The notes under the pieces were generated by a model. The model saw nothing but the letters and a program-made list of their open reading frames with translations, made no database searches and was not told the origin of the DNA. This document shows positions 1 to 11,926 of a stretch of DNA of 64,000 nucleotides, one piece after another. The stretch is from Hamiltosporidium tvaerminnensis FI-OER-3-3 (taxonomy: Eukaryota > Fungi > Microsporidia). The DNA lies in contig JAKIMF020000007.1 of the NCBI GenBank assembly GCA_022605425.2, positions 1,054,001 through 1,118,000 of the forward strand, written 5' to 3'. Position numbers and translations under genes: made by a program. Position 1 is the stretch's first letter. Each line of letters opens with the position of its first letter.

Positions 1-295
1 ATAACAAAAATTATAGATAAGTTTTTTTATATTACATTTTTTGTTTATTTTGTCTGATTCTTGATTTCGCTTGTAAAATGGCACACTAAAATATATTTTA
101 TAGATTTCTCGGTGTGTTGGATTCGAAATATTTTATTTGATAAACTTTTACTCATTTTATATAGCGATTCAAGATCGAGGGAATTTTAAATTCAAAAATT
201 ATACATTGTGCTCTTTTCTAACATAACAGAATTTAATTAATTAGTCATTTATAATTGTTAATTTGTTCTTTCTTAGATTCCTTTATACATTTTCA

Positions 296-510
296 GATTA
301 CTGCCTTGTACGAGCCTTGGTTTCCCCTAGTAATACAGCTCACCGGTGTTTTTTATGTGGGTTTTTTACTTTTTCGGGTTTCGTTACAAGGTAATTTTAA
401 AGGGTTTGTTATTAGCCCTACACCCTAACTCTAACATAGAGGACTAATCCCTTCAAGTCGCCTCTTACGACAAGCAGAGAATACCCAAGCTAATTCTGCC
501 TCTGATAGGG
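296..510 (-). mobile_element. Decayed non-autonomous RTE-derived SINE (5' UTR fused to 3' end)
   Basis: The minus strand has the RTE-type 5' motif CTGCTTGTCGTAAGAGGCGACT (GTCG/CGAC hairpin) and a GGGTGTAGGGCTAATAAC segment. It ends in a CCAAGGCTCGTACAAGGCAGTAATC 3' end resembling RTE termini. It is a GC-richer island with no ORF. Confidence 0.55.
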
Positions 511-1964
511 TGAGAGATTCTTTCTTAGATATTTGAATATTTTTTTTGTTTATCTTATTGGGTAAGATATAATCAGAATAGATTTATTCTTTAATAAACC
601 AAACATTTCAGATTTTTAGTCTATAACCCAAACATCCAAATATTTTTTATAAAAAGAATTAGCTTATTACTTTTTTTGAAACTGCCCTTCCAGTATAACA
701 TACATTTTTCTATTGATTTAAATTGTTAATTTTACTTCATACTTTAAACCAATCGATACTGAAGTTTTTTTTAGAAGTAGTAGTTTAATATTTTTTATAA
801 ATGTTATCATGTAACGGTTTTTGTCATAAACCAAGGTCTTAGCTTTTGTTAGCTAATTTGCTAAAAATTTACACGCCCTAAGTTACGCGTTTATATGATT
901 TTAATGTGTTTTTTTAATCAACTCTTACTTCTATAAATATATTGATTGCCTTCATTGTTTATATTTTTCTCGAATCTGAAATACGAATTCAAACAAGTAT
1001 TTATATTTACATTTACAGTTATATTCATCAATGAATTTTGGAATCTCTTGAATAAATCTAATCCTAATTGTTCTTAAACACATGTCTTTATTTATTTTGA
1101 AAGGCTTTTTATATTAAAATCCTGCCGATTAATTTAATAATTACATAAAGTAATTTGAAACAACATGCATATCGGGGTTTAAGAACGGCTGATAGATTCG
1201 AATTTTTTTTTTCCTTTATCTATAAACATATTTTTCTCTCTTCACACGACAAATGTACAGCTTTTTATTGATTTTAATTTTTTTTAGTATATTTACAAAT
1301 TTCAGTGAAGCTTTGTCCACTTGTTTAATATATAATTTAACATTTATTATCACATTTTTTTTATGAAAATTTATTGAGGTACATCTGAACATTAAATGAT
1401 TGTAACTTTTTAACCACAGCTTTAACATAATTCTTTTAAAATTATATTGTCAGTAAGATAGGTTTTTTAATAGCTATTGCCTGAATGATTCTTTTCACTT
1501 TTTTTGTATTCTTCTCCGAAAATCTAATGTGTGGAAAAGCATATGTATGTTTCATATTCGCTGTATATAGGCCTCTTAAAAATTATATCAAAATACATAG
1601 AATTGATTTAGATTTGTCAGTCAGGTATGCTTTTCTTATTAACTCCATTCAATCGATGAAATTTACTCAAGGAAATCACCCAGCAAGTCAAGTCATCTTA
1701 CTCAATAGGCTATCAACAAGCCTTTATATTGAATAATTACGAAAATACATTTTTGGCATATTATTGTAAAAAGGTTTATAACTTCTAACATGATTTTCCC
1801 CATAAAAATAGATTTTCGTTGTCTCCTTTTCTATCCTCTACTATCTTACTTACCAACTTATTCCTTCCCTCTTTTAACTCTCGGTTTCAAGGATGAACAA
1901 ATGGAGGTTTCCATTTTTTCTTTTAATCTGTTGTAACTGGGATTATAAGAAATCAACATTTGAT

Positions 1965-2068
1965 CCATTATGGTTTATATCCCACCAAAATGTTAACAAT
2001 GATTTCCCATCGATTTCATACACACATTGCCAACCAGATAGTTTTTTATGTGATTACCCATCCTCCAA
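1965..2068 (-). repeat. Head-only (~100 nt) copy of the ~720-nt dispersed structured element
   Basis: Aligns by eye to 44060-44163 and 24315-24420 (CCCACCAAAA...ACAATGAT...CATTGCCAA...GTTTTTTATGTG.TTA.C..CCTCC). The leftward sequence is unrelated to the body of the long copies. Confidence 0.75.
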
Positions 2069-4461
2069 CTATCTTCTACTATCACAGAGTAATAATAACT
2101 TAAAAATCTTCCAATTATGTACACTTGCTCTGTACATATATCATTTACTCATAGTTGTACTTGCTAATAAATTAGTGTATTGTTTATAGAATGGTTTACA
2201 TTTATTTGTCACAAAGATTCTTTTTAAAAATATATCATAGCACTAGATTTTTGCAACTTTAGATAATACGCGAATAACATATTAGTAATTATTTTGGTTA
2301 ATGGAAAATTTATAAAAGTATTTATAAAGTAGACCTTATGATAATACAATTGCTATATTATGGTGTTGTTACTCACAAAGTTATATTAATTTATAATATA
2401 GTTCTTTTATAGGTATATAATAGATATGGGGCAAGAAATAATTAAATTTCATTAGGCTTACATATATCTAAATAGAATTATGAATATATACGAAAAACAT
2501 TATAAATTTTTACATATCATTATATTTTACGGTCCAAGATATTCCTCTCGTATTTATAAGCTGCCTTTTATTCTCAAAAACCTTTTCGAGTTAGATATGA
2601 TCTTTGTTTTTCTTAGATTTCTTTTATTGCATTGTTCTTATGCTTATTCCTTTCCTTTAATCCTATATATCTCCTTGATAATACACTCCTTTATGCTATT
2701 TCAGTATTCGGACCATCATATAATTGCTTTACGGAGAATAAAATAAATATGCTAAATAAGAAGTTAAACAATTTAACTTTATTATTATTTCTACTTTTTT
2801 TTGCAGTTTTGTGTTCTTGTTTTGCTATTCCTTTAAAATCGAAAGAATAAACAATAAAAACCTTTAGATACTTCCTCTGTAGATAAAAATCAATGATTCT
2901 ATTTATAGCTTTCGCTTCTTCATTTATATTTCTTCTCTTTTTAAACTTTAATTGAATGTATATAAATGAATAGTAACTGCAATACTAATAATATGTAATT
3001 TATAAAAATAGAAAAGAAAAAGATGTCTTGAAACCAAATATAATGATAATGCGATATACAATATTGTATAGATTATACGGATCTTTCGCATTTCCGTATT
3101 CGAATGACACCTAAACAAACATATTTTAATATTTTATATTACCAGAAAGACTCCCAATTAAGTAAAAATTCTTTGCAAATTCTATTTGACAACTTTAATG
3201 ATCGGCAAGAAATTCAATTTCATAACAGCGATGTTTAGAAATCTAGTTTTTAGTTCTCTCAACTGAGCTAATATTCAGGCTTATATGAAATACTACATTC
3301 CAAAAAAGTGTATAAACAGTCCAATGTTCAAATCGAATTATAAATAGGGTTAAAAGAAAGTATTTGGGATAAGAATATAAGGATTTGCCCGTTTTAACCT
3401 GGTTTTTTATGCACTAATGAAGCCAGACTTTGTCCGAGGAATAAATAATCTTTTATTCTTTTATTTGACAGACAGACAGGCTTGAATAATTCACTTCCAA
3501 AGGCATAATTAATAGGAAATAGTGGGTATAATAGTGTTTTGTTGAAGTATGTTCCGTTAATTTATCTGAAATTAAACCGCAATAAATTACTTTAGAGTCG
3601 AATACTGAATCTAATCTATTCGAATAATAAACTACACTACAAACACATCAAATATTATAATGACTGATGATGTAGTTTGCTATAGAAAATTTGCTGCTGA
3701 GTAAGCACATTAACTTCGAAATTATATTTTAAGAATAATAAACGGAAAATCCAACCATTTTCGACTTCTTGTCTTTTAGAGATAAAGTTTAAACATAAAA
3801 ATTTTGACTTAAATAAAAAGTTTAAAGCGTAATTTGAACTTTTTTTTATTATTAAGTGCATTTTTATTGCTGAGTTATCTTGATGACCTGCACATTTTAA
3901 GTTAAATAATAGAATTTACTGTTTAAATGATCTTAATCTCACTATAAAGCGTCTTAAATTTATTTTTTTAAAAAAGATTGTTTGATAATTTTTTTATACT
4001 GTTCAGATATTTTTTTGAAATTTAAAAAAAATCGAAGCAAATTGAAATATGTAACTCTTTTGCAATTTTAAGCTTGACTAATTGAATTTAGAAAAGGAAT
4101 CATTTCCTGCCTAAATATCTTTGATATTAAGGATGCGTATGAGAAATATTGGCGGTAAAAAAATTATAAGAAATAAGGGGGGTGTAATATAAATAACATC
4201 CTGTGGCATATTGGACATGAAGGCGTTTGGACCGTGACGATATACGATTAAAACTTAGAATTAAACACATACCACTTTTGATAGATTGGGAAGTACTTGT
4301 AATTAATATTTTGAAGCAAATATTATATAACAGCAAAAGATATTCTGAATATAACTCTAAGAAAAATTTAAATGTTAAACTAGATTCGTGAAAGTGATAA
4401 AAATGAAAATATATTTGACAAAAAAATTAAATAGCAACAATAAAAAAAAACCACCTTACCT

Positions 4462-7229
4462 TTACTGATTGAAATATATAGCGATTCCATTTCTTCTGAA
4501 ATACTTTAAAGTTTCCTTATCAACCGTAGAAATATTCGTATCTATTAAACTAATACGATGTAGTTGAATAAGCATTCTTCGCAAATCTCTTGGGAATGAC
4601 CCCGTTTTTATTTCACAGTTATAAAAATAAAGATTAACTAAATTCAAATGAAGCATGATTAGTTTCAAAATGAAAGCATCAACAATTGTAAAAGAAAAGG
4701 TTAAAGATTTTAGGTTTTCACATAAGGGCAATTGATTATTGTCAAAATATCTCACAAAAACATTGGAAACTAATGTAATACAAAGATCTTCAAGATTTTC
4801 GAATTCGCTTAATACAAAAAAATCCATTATTTCAACTTTGCTTCTAGGCAACATCAATCTTTCTTAAAGATTTTTTCAAAACATCGACTGACTTTATATA
4901 AACTAAAAAACCCGCATCAAAATTACATTCTGGTGCTATAAATTCTTCTAGATTATTAAAGCGACTTAAAATAGATAAAAATTTGTTTCCTGAGCGGCTT
5001 CGCGAGATGTTTAATTTTTTTAGAGAATCTTCAAATAGAAAAACATCTTTTGGATTACCAAAGAAATCTATAGAAGAATCTGATAAAATTAAGTTGCTCA
5101 TACCATAAAATTTTCTAATTTGAGTTAACATAGTTGAGGTTATCTTGTTACCGCTTAAATCTAATGTTTCTACAGACATATGTAATGATTTACAAGATAA
5201 TATTTTTTTTACGTCATCAAAATATTTTGAGTTTTGCATTATAAATGTGTTAACAAATAAATTGGTGGAAAAAAATTTTAAATATGATTTGGAAAACTGG
5301 CAGCCAGAAATATCAAGAAAATCGAATGACTTTTGAAATCCTGTAAAATTTCTTGCATTAATATATCCTTCGAAATCAACGTTTCTTATACTTAGGCTTC
5401 TTAAACATCTATTTTTTAAGAAAAATGTAACTATCTGATGATTGAGTTTTGAATAGTCTAGTTTAAGACTTTTCAAATTATTTAAAGAACCGTTTAGATC
5501 AAGATCTTCGCCATAATCAATATACTCGCAACATGACAAATCTAAAACCTCAATTAAAGAGTTTGTAATACTTTGAAAGAAAATATTAGATAACGAAAAA
5601 CAAATTATCCTCAACTCTTTACATTTAGAAAAATATACAGGTATTTCGCCTAATAACGTCGAAGACAATGGAAGGACGCATCTTACTAGAATCAAAGATT
5701 CCAGATTAATAAATTTCTTTAAATAAGAAACATCTATTTCAGATAGTACTATATTATCGAGTTCAATGCTTTTTAAATCCAAATATATTTGATTTGTAGC
5801 AAAAACATTGAACAGACCATCTGTTTGTCTTCGAATATCCGAATGTATACCTTTTTTGAGTAAAAGTTCACACGCGTTATCTGAATCTTTTGTTTCGGTG
5901 AAATAAGTATTATCAGCAGATACTATTATTCCTTTTATAGTGTATAACCAGAGAAGCCAAAATATTGTCAGAATTTTGGGTCTAGAACCATCATGGTGTA
6001 GAACCGAATATACATCGGCGTGAATGCGAAATTTAATTTCTTTGAGATATGAAAAATCGAGCAAATCTGATTTATTCGGTGTATTCACTTTCAGAAAAAC
6101 CAATTCTTCTTTTGTAGCATCAAAGCATATATCAATTGAATCAAAAACTGTATTTATAAATGGTAAAAAAAGTTTGTTAAAATTCAATATAGCATTATCA
6201 CCTATATCATCCGCAAAATCCGACGAAATAAGATATTTCTGACTAAGTAGTAAAGGGAGTAAATGTTCATATAATTTATTCAAAATATTTGATGTTGAAT
6301 AACAACCCAAATCGCGCAGTAGAGTTACGAAACACAAAACATCTGATTTTTTCAATCCTATTCTTTTGGGATCCAACGCATAACGGCATGTTCTAAGAAA
6401 CAAACAAAACTGTTTTCTATCTACTGATTCTTTCGTGATATCTTCAATGTTAACTTTAACTTCAGTTTCTTCGGAATCGATGTGTTTATCAAAATAATCC
6501 GATCGGATAATGAAATCGTTAGTGTATTCGAAGGAAACGGTTGGTATAGATTCTTGTATCGCATCGTGACACTTTATGTCTATTAAAACAGTTTGATCCC
6601 CAAATTTCTTGGAAATATCATTCTCTGATGCGAGAGCATCTGGAACTTTCATTGAAACATTTTGAAACTGCTTAGAAAGGGATTTTTCAGATAATGCTTC
6701 TGAAGATATAATAGCATCTTGTGAATTTGCAGAAAACCGCAGCGGTTCTTTTATAGTATCAGGGTCTAATTGCTTCTTCTTCTGTAAACTCTGTTAATAC
6801 ATTGTGAATAGCAGCATCTCTATTAATTTTTTTTTCAGATCTTTGGCCTGTTATGACATGAGTTTGATAACACGTTTCTTTACTGCTTGGTTTATTAGAA
6901 GCGTCTTCTTCAGCAGGTGGAATAGAGTGCGATTGCTCTGATATCTCCAATGAAGCCCTATTTGGTTCATTAAGAGTAATTAAAAAAGGCTTATCCAATT
7001 CAAAATACAAACGGCCACTCATACAATCCGAAAAAGATTCATTCTTGAATATAACTTCTACTTTAATACAACCATAACATTTTATTAAGCAAATAAGTAA
7101 AAATGCAATTTTAATATATTTTGCTAACGAATCTACACAAAAGAAATTCTTGTTCGTGAAAACTTGAGGACATAAAATCTTGGCTTCACTCGATGGTATG
7201 TAAAACATAAATATACCCATGTTAGACAT
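4462..7229 (-). CDS. Leucine-rich-repeat protein (~920 aa reconstructed), interrupted by two +1 frameshifts (pseudogene or assembly indels)
   Basis: ORFs 6759-7229, 4844-6652 and 4462-4857 join with single-base shifts near 6770 and 4860. The bridging frame LDPDTIKEPL...NVSMKVPD is open. LRR motifs include LESLILVRC, IEVLDLSCC, LKSLKLDYS, VETLDLSGN and LKKLNISRS. There is a hydrophobic N-terminal segment, IAFLLICLIKCYGC. Confidence 0.8.
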
Positions 7230-10136
7230 TTTTTTCCATTATTTTATATAGTATCTTAAATAAAAATCAATGAAAATCCGATTAAAATGTTTTTTTTTGT
7301 TCTTAGAAGATATTTACGAATATTTCTGATAAAAAAACTTTTTAAATAATTTATCTAAATAATATTTTAATAAATTTGAAAAAACTTTCAATTAAATCCT
7401 ATATAAATATATTATATAAAGATTAATATATATTTTTATCATAGTTATAGATTATATATAAATAATTGTACTTTAATTCGAATTATTTATAAAAATTAAT
7501 TTAAACAATTTACTACTTTTAGACAAACTCTTTCTTCGGTTTAGAAATTTTTTAGGACGTTTTTTTCAATATATATGTAAAAATGAGTTCAATTTTCAAC
7601 TAGAAGTAAATGTTGGCTTCATAGTATTAAATTGAAATGAATATTTACATACCTACCTTGCTATTTTATGTTATAAAAATATAATGAATTCTTTATTTGA
7701 AAGTATTTTACGCCTTATTAAACCTTTTTTGTATCCTATACATTTCTAATAAATTTCACGTCTTTTCTGCCGAAGTGTTTAATTATCATATGTTTCGGAA
7801 AATAGACCTGATAATGTAATTCGCTTTAGTTACTCGATGAAATTGTGACTTATTAGAAGCGTAAACCCCATATACACTAGCTTATACGATTCACGATACA
7901 GTGCCGTATTTCTTATGATATGAAAAGTTGTAAAATCTATTTTTTATAGAAAATCATATTCGGATATATATGATACGTGTCATGAATACACTGCCTATTT
8001 TCTCAAACAAGTTATTTTTATTAATTATCAGAATCAATAGAATATGTATGTGTTTAAATGTCAGACAGTTGACTTGGAAGATAATAACGAAGCTATTAAT
8101 AGTAATCAAAAAAACTAGATGCATCAGACCAAATGTAAGAAAGTTTTCTAATCTGATTAAGAAACATATAGTATTATTAATAGCTTATAAAAGAAAGTAC
8201 TTTTACTAGAAAAAAAATATTTTTCTGAGTTATATGAAATTATGTGCGCGACACCAATATGAAAGAAGATATATTCTATAACAAGATTTTTCATATATTT
8301 GTATCTATCTAAAACAGAGTTTTTGAGAGAGTTGCTCGTATGTAAGTTAAAAAATTGGTTTAAGTGCAATTTAAATATTACCAATTCCTTATTATATAGT
8401 TGGAATGATATCAATACAGAATACAAACAGATTTACATAAAAATGATTCACCTGTAAAAAAAGATTAAGATCTGAACACTACCCGATGGATCTATAAAAA
8501 TTTCGAAAAAAATTTATTTAGAGATAAAAAACGTTAGGATTTGAATAGATTTCGAAAAGATTTCACAGAATACTAATCGTAGTCGAAAGACGCGCGTAAC
8601 TCATAATTTATTAAAAATATTCATCAATTTACGAAAGAAGTCGACTAATGAAGAAGTAAAATATTGAAACCTAATTATAAATGGTGCAACTCCTGAAAAT
8701 AATTTATCGCAAACTTTAAAATTTGAGAAGATATGAAACAAAACTTGAAACCGTAATAAAGGTGATTTATGCAGAAAATAAAATACGCATAGCATTAAAA
8801 CCAGCAGTTTTAAAATATTTCGATCAATTAAAGTATTTTCTAGCATTCATTCAAATGTTTAACTAAAAAAATTAGATTTAGGATTTTTTACAAATTATAG
8901 ATTATTTAAAATATGGTATAAAGGATTATTTAATGTGTAATTAAAGCTAGTAAAAATATATAGAAATAGTATATAGTGGAGGAAGCTTCATTTTTAATCG
9001 AATTTTTTTATTCAATCAAAAATGCTAAAAACCGTAGGTTATATTTCTTATATAATTGGATGTACAAGAACATCTTTAGATTGAGTTTCTAAGTAAACAA
9101 TTTAGATAGTGTGTCTTTTAAATGTTCTCGCCAATACCATGAATTATCCGCTCAGAAGGAAACCATTTTTGTCAAAATTAGAAACTGAAAAGAAATTATA
9201 GCATAGGTGAGATATGTAACATATAAGTCTAAAATGTAAAGAAGTTAGAAAAATACAGTAGAAAACAAGATCAAATATCCTAATTAAAATAAGAATTTTA
9301 TTTTTTTGTCAAAGCAATAGAAAAATAATAGTACAAATATAAAATATGTTGAACAATATAAAATTAGATTTTGACCTACTTTTTTGCAAAGCAGCAAAAT
9401 GAATTTTTTTTGAATAAAGCGTAATTTGAAGCAATAAATAATATAAGAAAATGCAGAGTTAAATATTATTTCCCATTTATATAAAATAAAAAGAAAAGCA
9501 AGTAGCAATGCTCCCAATAGATTATTGAAATACGGACTATGTGTTTGGCCATGTTACTCTGTAATTTCTGCTGTATAATTTTAGACTTTTGATTTCTGTG
9601 GTTTGTTTAGTTTTTTTTTTTGAGTTTTGCAATCTTCAAGTTTTATCAAAATAAATATTTTCTTTGATTCATTGAAATAGCCAAAAGATAATGCTGTATT
9701 AAAAATACATCACATCTATAATTTCTCTGATATTTATAAGCTTTGTAGTTATTTGATTTTTTATTATCATAGTGAATTCAGAAGCCTGTGAATATATTTG
9801 ATTGGATAAATTTTTCAATCTCGTAAATTCATTTTTCTCTTTTAACCGTTTGGCTGCTAAGCAATTATTGCAAGAACGCACGAAAACTGCGGGACTTATT
9901 TTCAATTGATGTTGTCAATTTTTTTTTTTTTATATATATATATTGTTTCGCACAACTACAATGTAACAAGTGTTATTGATAACATAGAAAAACAAGTGGT
10001 CGTTAAAAATTAAAATTTATAAAAAGATAACTTAAAGTTTATTGATTTTCTCTTATGATCAGCACGTGAATCAATGATTTCGAATGATTCCGGCGTAGGC
10101 ACTAGGTGATACATGATAACAATTACTATCGATAAT

Positions 10137-10186
10137 ACACTAGGTAGTATCACAAAATAATATTATTATGTGATACTACCTAGTGT
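10137..10186. repeat. 50-bp near-perfect palindrome in the piggyBac subterminal region
   Basis: ACACTAGGTAGTATCACA (10137-10154) and TGTGATACTACCTAGTGT (10169-10186) flank the self-complementary AATAATATTATT, with one A/A mismatch. Confidence 0.95.
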
Positions 10187-10248
10187 TTTTCCGAACGTAA
10201 AGGATCGTTTTCATGAGAGTGAAAAATTCTGACTCTTACTTAAAAAAT

Positions 10249-11926
10249 TTATGTATTACAACTATGTTTTGCCGCACAAATAGCGTGAAGGCCTTTTTTA
10301 CAACAAGCGCAAATAAGGTGGGATCGCTTGATCCCGCTCCTTCCGTTGCTACACACCGCACATTTTCGTAAGTTACGACCCGGTAATTTTTCAAGCGCAA
10401 ATTTATTAGTTGATGAAGATGGTTGTGTTGACACGCTATTTTTATGGTACATCCACTCCTTTTCGATGTCGTCAATAATTTTCGATGTAAATTTGAGCCG
10501 GTTCATTTTTTTTCAGTAGTGTTTGAAACATATAAAATATATGAGTTCAGCACCATTCTTCCAAATACGTTGAATACTACTTTCTTCCAATACTTGAGGG
10601 TTCTTCGCTCGTCTAAATACACGTATAGCATTTTGTCGCACACGTCCACACCACCCATGTATTTATTGTAGTCATGAATCATGCTTGGTTTCATCTTTTC
10701 GTATTCAAAATTCCCTTTCTTTTTCTTGATCGTCACACTATTAGTATCCGAATTTGATGAAATCAGTATGACTGGGTTTGATTTGGACTTTTTGTCCCTG
10801 AAAGAGCACATCAATACATTTTCATGTGCCATGTATTTCGCTTCTCCTACGATTGCTTTCTTAGCTTCTGGAGGAATCTCTTTTCTGTTACGTCTAATTG
10901 TTCCAGTTAGATAAGTATTTTGTTTCAAAAGGGCTTTGGCCAAGCGTAAGCTTGTGTAAAAATTATCTGTAAACAGATGATAGCCCTTGAACAGATAATT
11001 GCCAGTTAAAAGCAATTTTCGCGCAACCGTAAATCCAAGGCCATATTTTTGTACTAAATCTCTGTCATCTGTATTTTTAGCTCCTTTGTAGCAAAAAAAC
11101 CCAAGCAATATTTAGAAATCGAGTCGCACAACATCCAAAATTTTATCCCCCATTTATGGTGTTTTTTGTTTGGGATGTATTGTTTTATGGCAGAATGACA
11201 GTGAGTACCAACTAACGACTCGTCGATAGATAATTGTTGATTTGGTATATAATGCCGCTGAAATACAGTATTTGCATGTTTGACAAGCATATCAAATCTG
11301 CCGCATGGGTCATAATTCGGATGTCCTGGTTCAAATAATGACGTATTGTCAATCAAGTGAAAAAACTTCAAAATCAGTTGAAACCTATCCCTTGAAAACA
11401 TTGTCCTAAACCATGGTAATTGCCGGGAACCTGTTGCCCAATAACTATCAATTGTTGGCCTTCTCGTAATCCCCATTTCGAGTAAGACTGCAATAAAGGC
11501 TTTGATTTCGTATATCGTTGTCGGCGTCCACTTTTTTGCTCGAGAATTATTCAAAACAGTGTGCGAGGCAAAAAACTGGGTAGCATATCGATTTGTTTCC
11601 CTTACAATGGTTTCAAGGAGTGATGTGGTAAAAAATAAATTGAAATATGTTACCGGTGAAGCATCGGGGGGAGGCGCACATCTAGGTCAGAGAGTCTCGA
11701 AAAAATTATTTGTTGCTTTGGAAAACACATTAGTCGGAGGAATATTCGTAAAAGTTGGTGTTTCCTCTGCTTCTGAAGATGAGATAGAAGACTCACTTTC
11801 AATCCTCAGTCTTTTTCTTCGATGAGTTATAATAATGCTATCATCACTACTTGTGTCACCACCAATTTCACCATCCTCAGAATCGCTAGCAATCGAATCA
11901 ACGTCCAAAATAATAGTCCGTGACAT
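10249..11926 (-). pseudogene. piggyBac (PGBD4-like) transposase, ~559 aa reconstructed; one in-frame TGA and two homopolymer -1 shifts
   Basis: Acidic N-terminus; DDD triad in SIDESLV, LFTDNFYTS and MGGVDVCD; C-terminal Cys-rich domain CAVC..CACC..H..C..H. TGA at 11687-11689, and frameshifts in homopolymer runs near 11095 and 10510. Confidence 0.9.

Noticed and set aside
1216-2850. Short (60-100 aa) ORFs in intergenic AT-rich DNA, here and throughout the window
   Set aside because: Composition is dominated by F/I/K/L/N from AT bias; no motifs or initiation signals.
3050-4340. Possible eroded LRR or gene-family relics here and at ~8100-8850, ~13570-14990 and ~41300-43300
   Set aside because: Coding-like texture but no continuous frame or diagnostic motif.
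6782-6800. 19-nt GT..AG mini-intron repairing the LRR frameshift
   Set aside because: Shorter than known microsporidian introns and lacks GTAAGT; a single-base indel is simpler.
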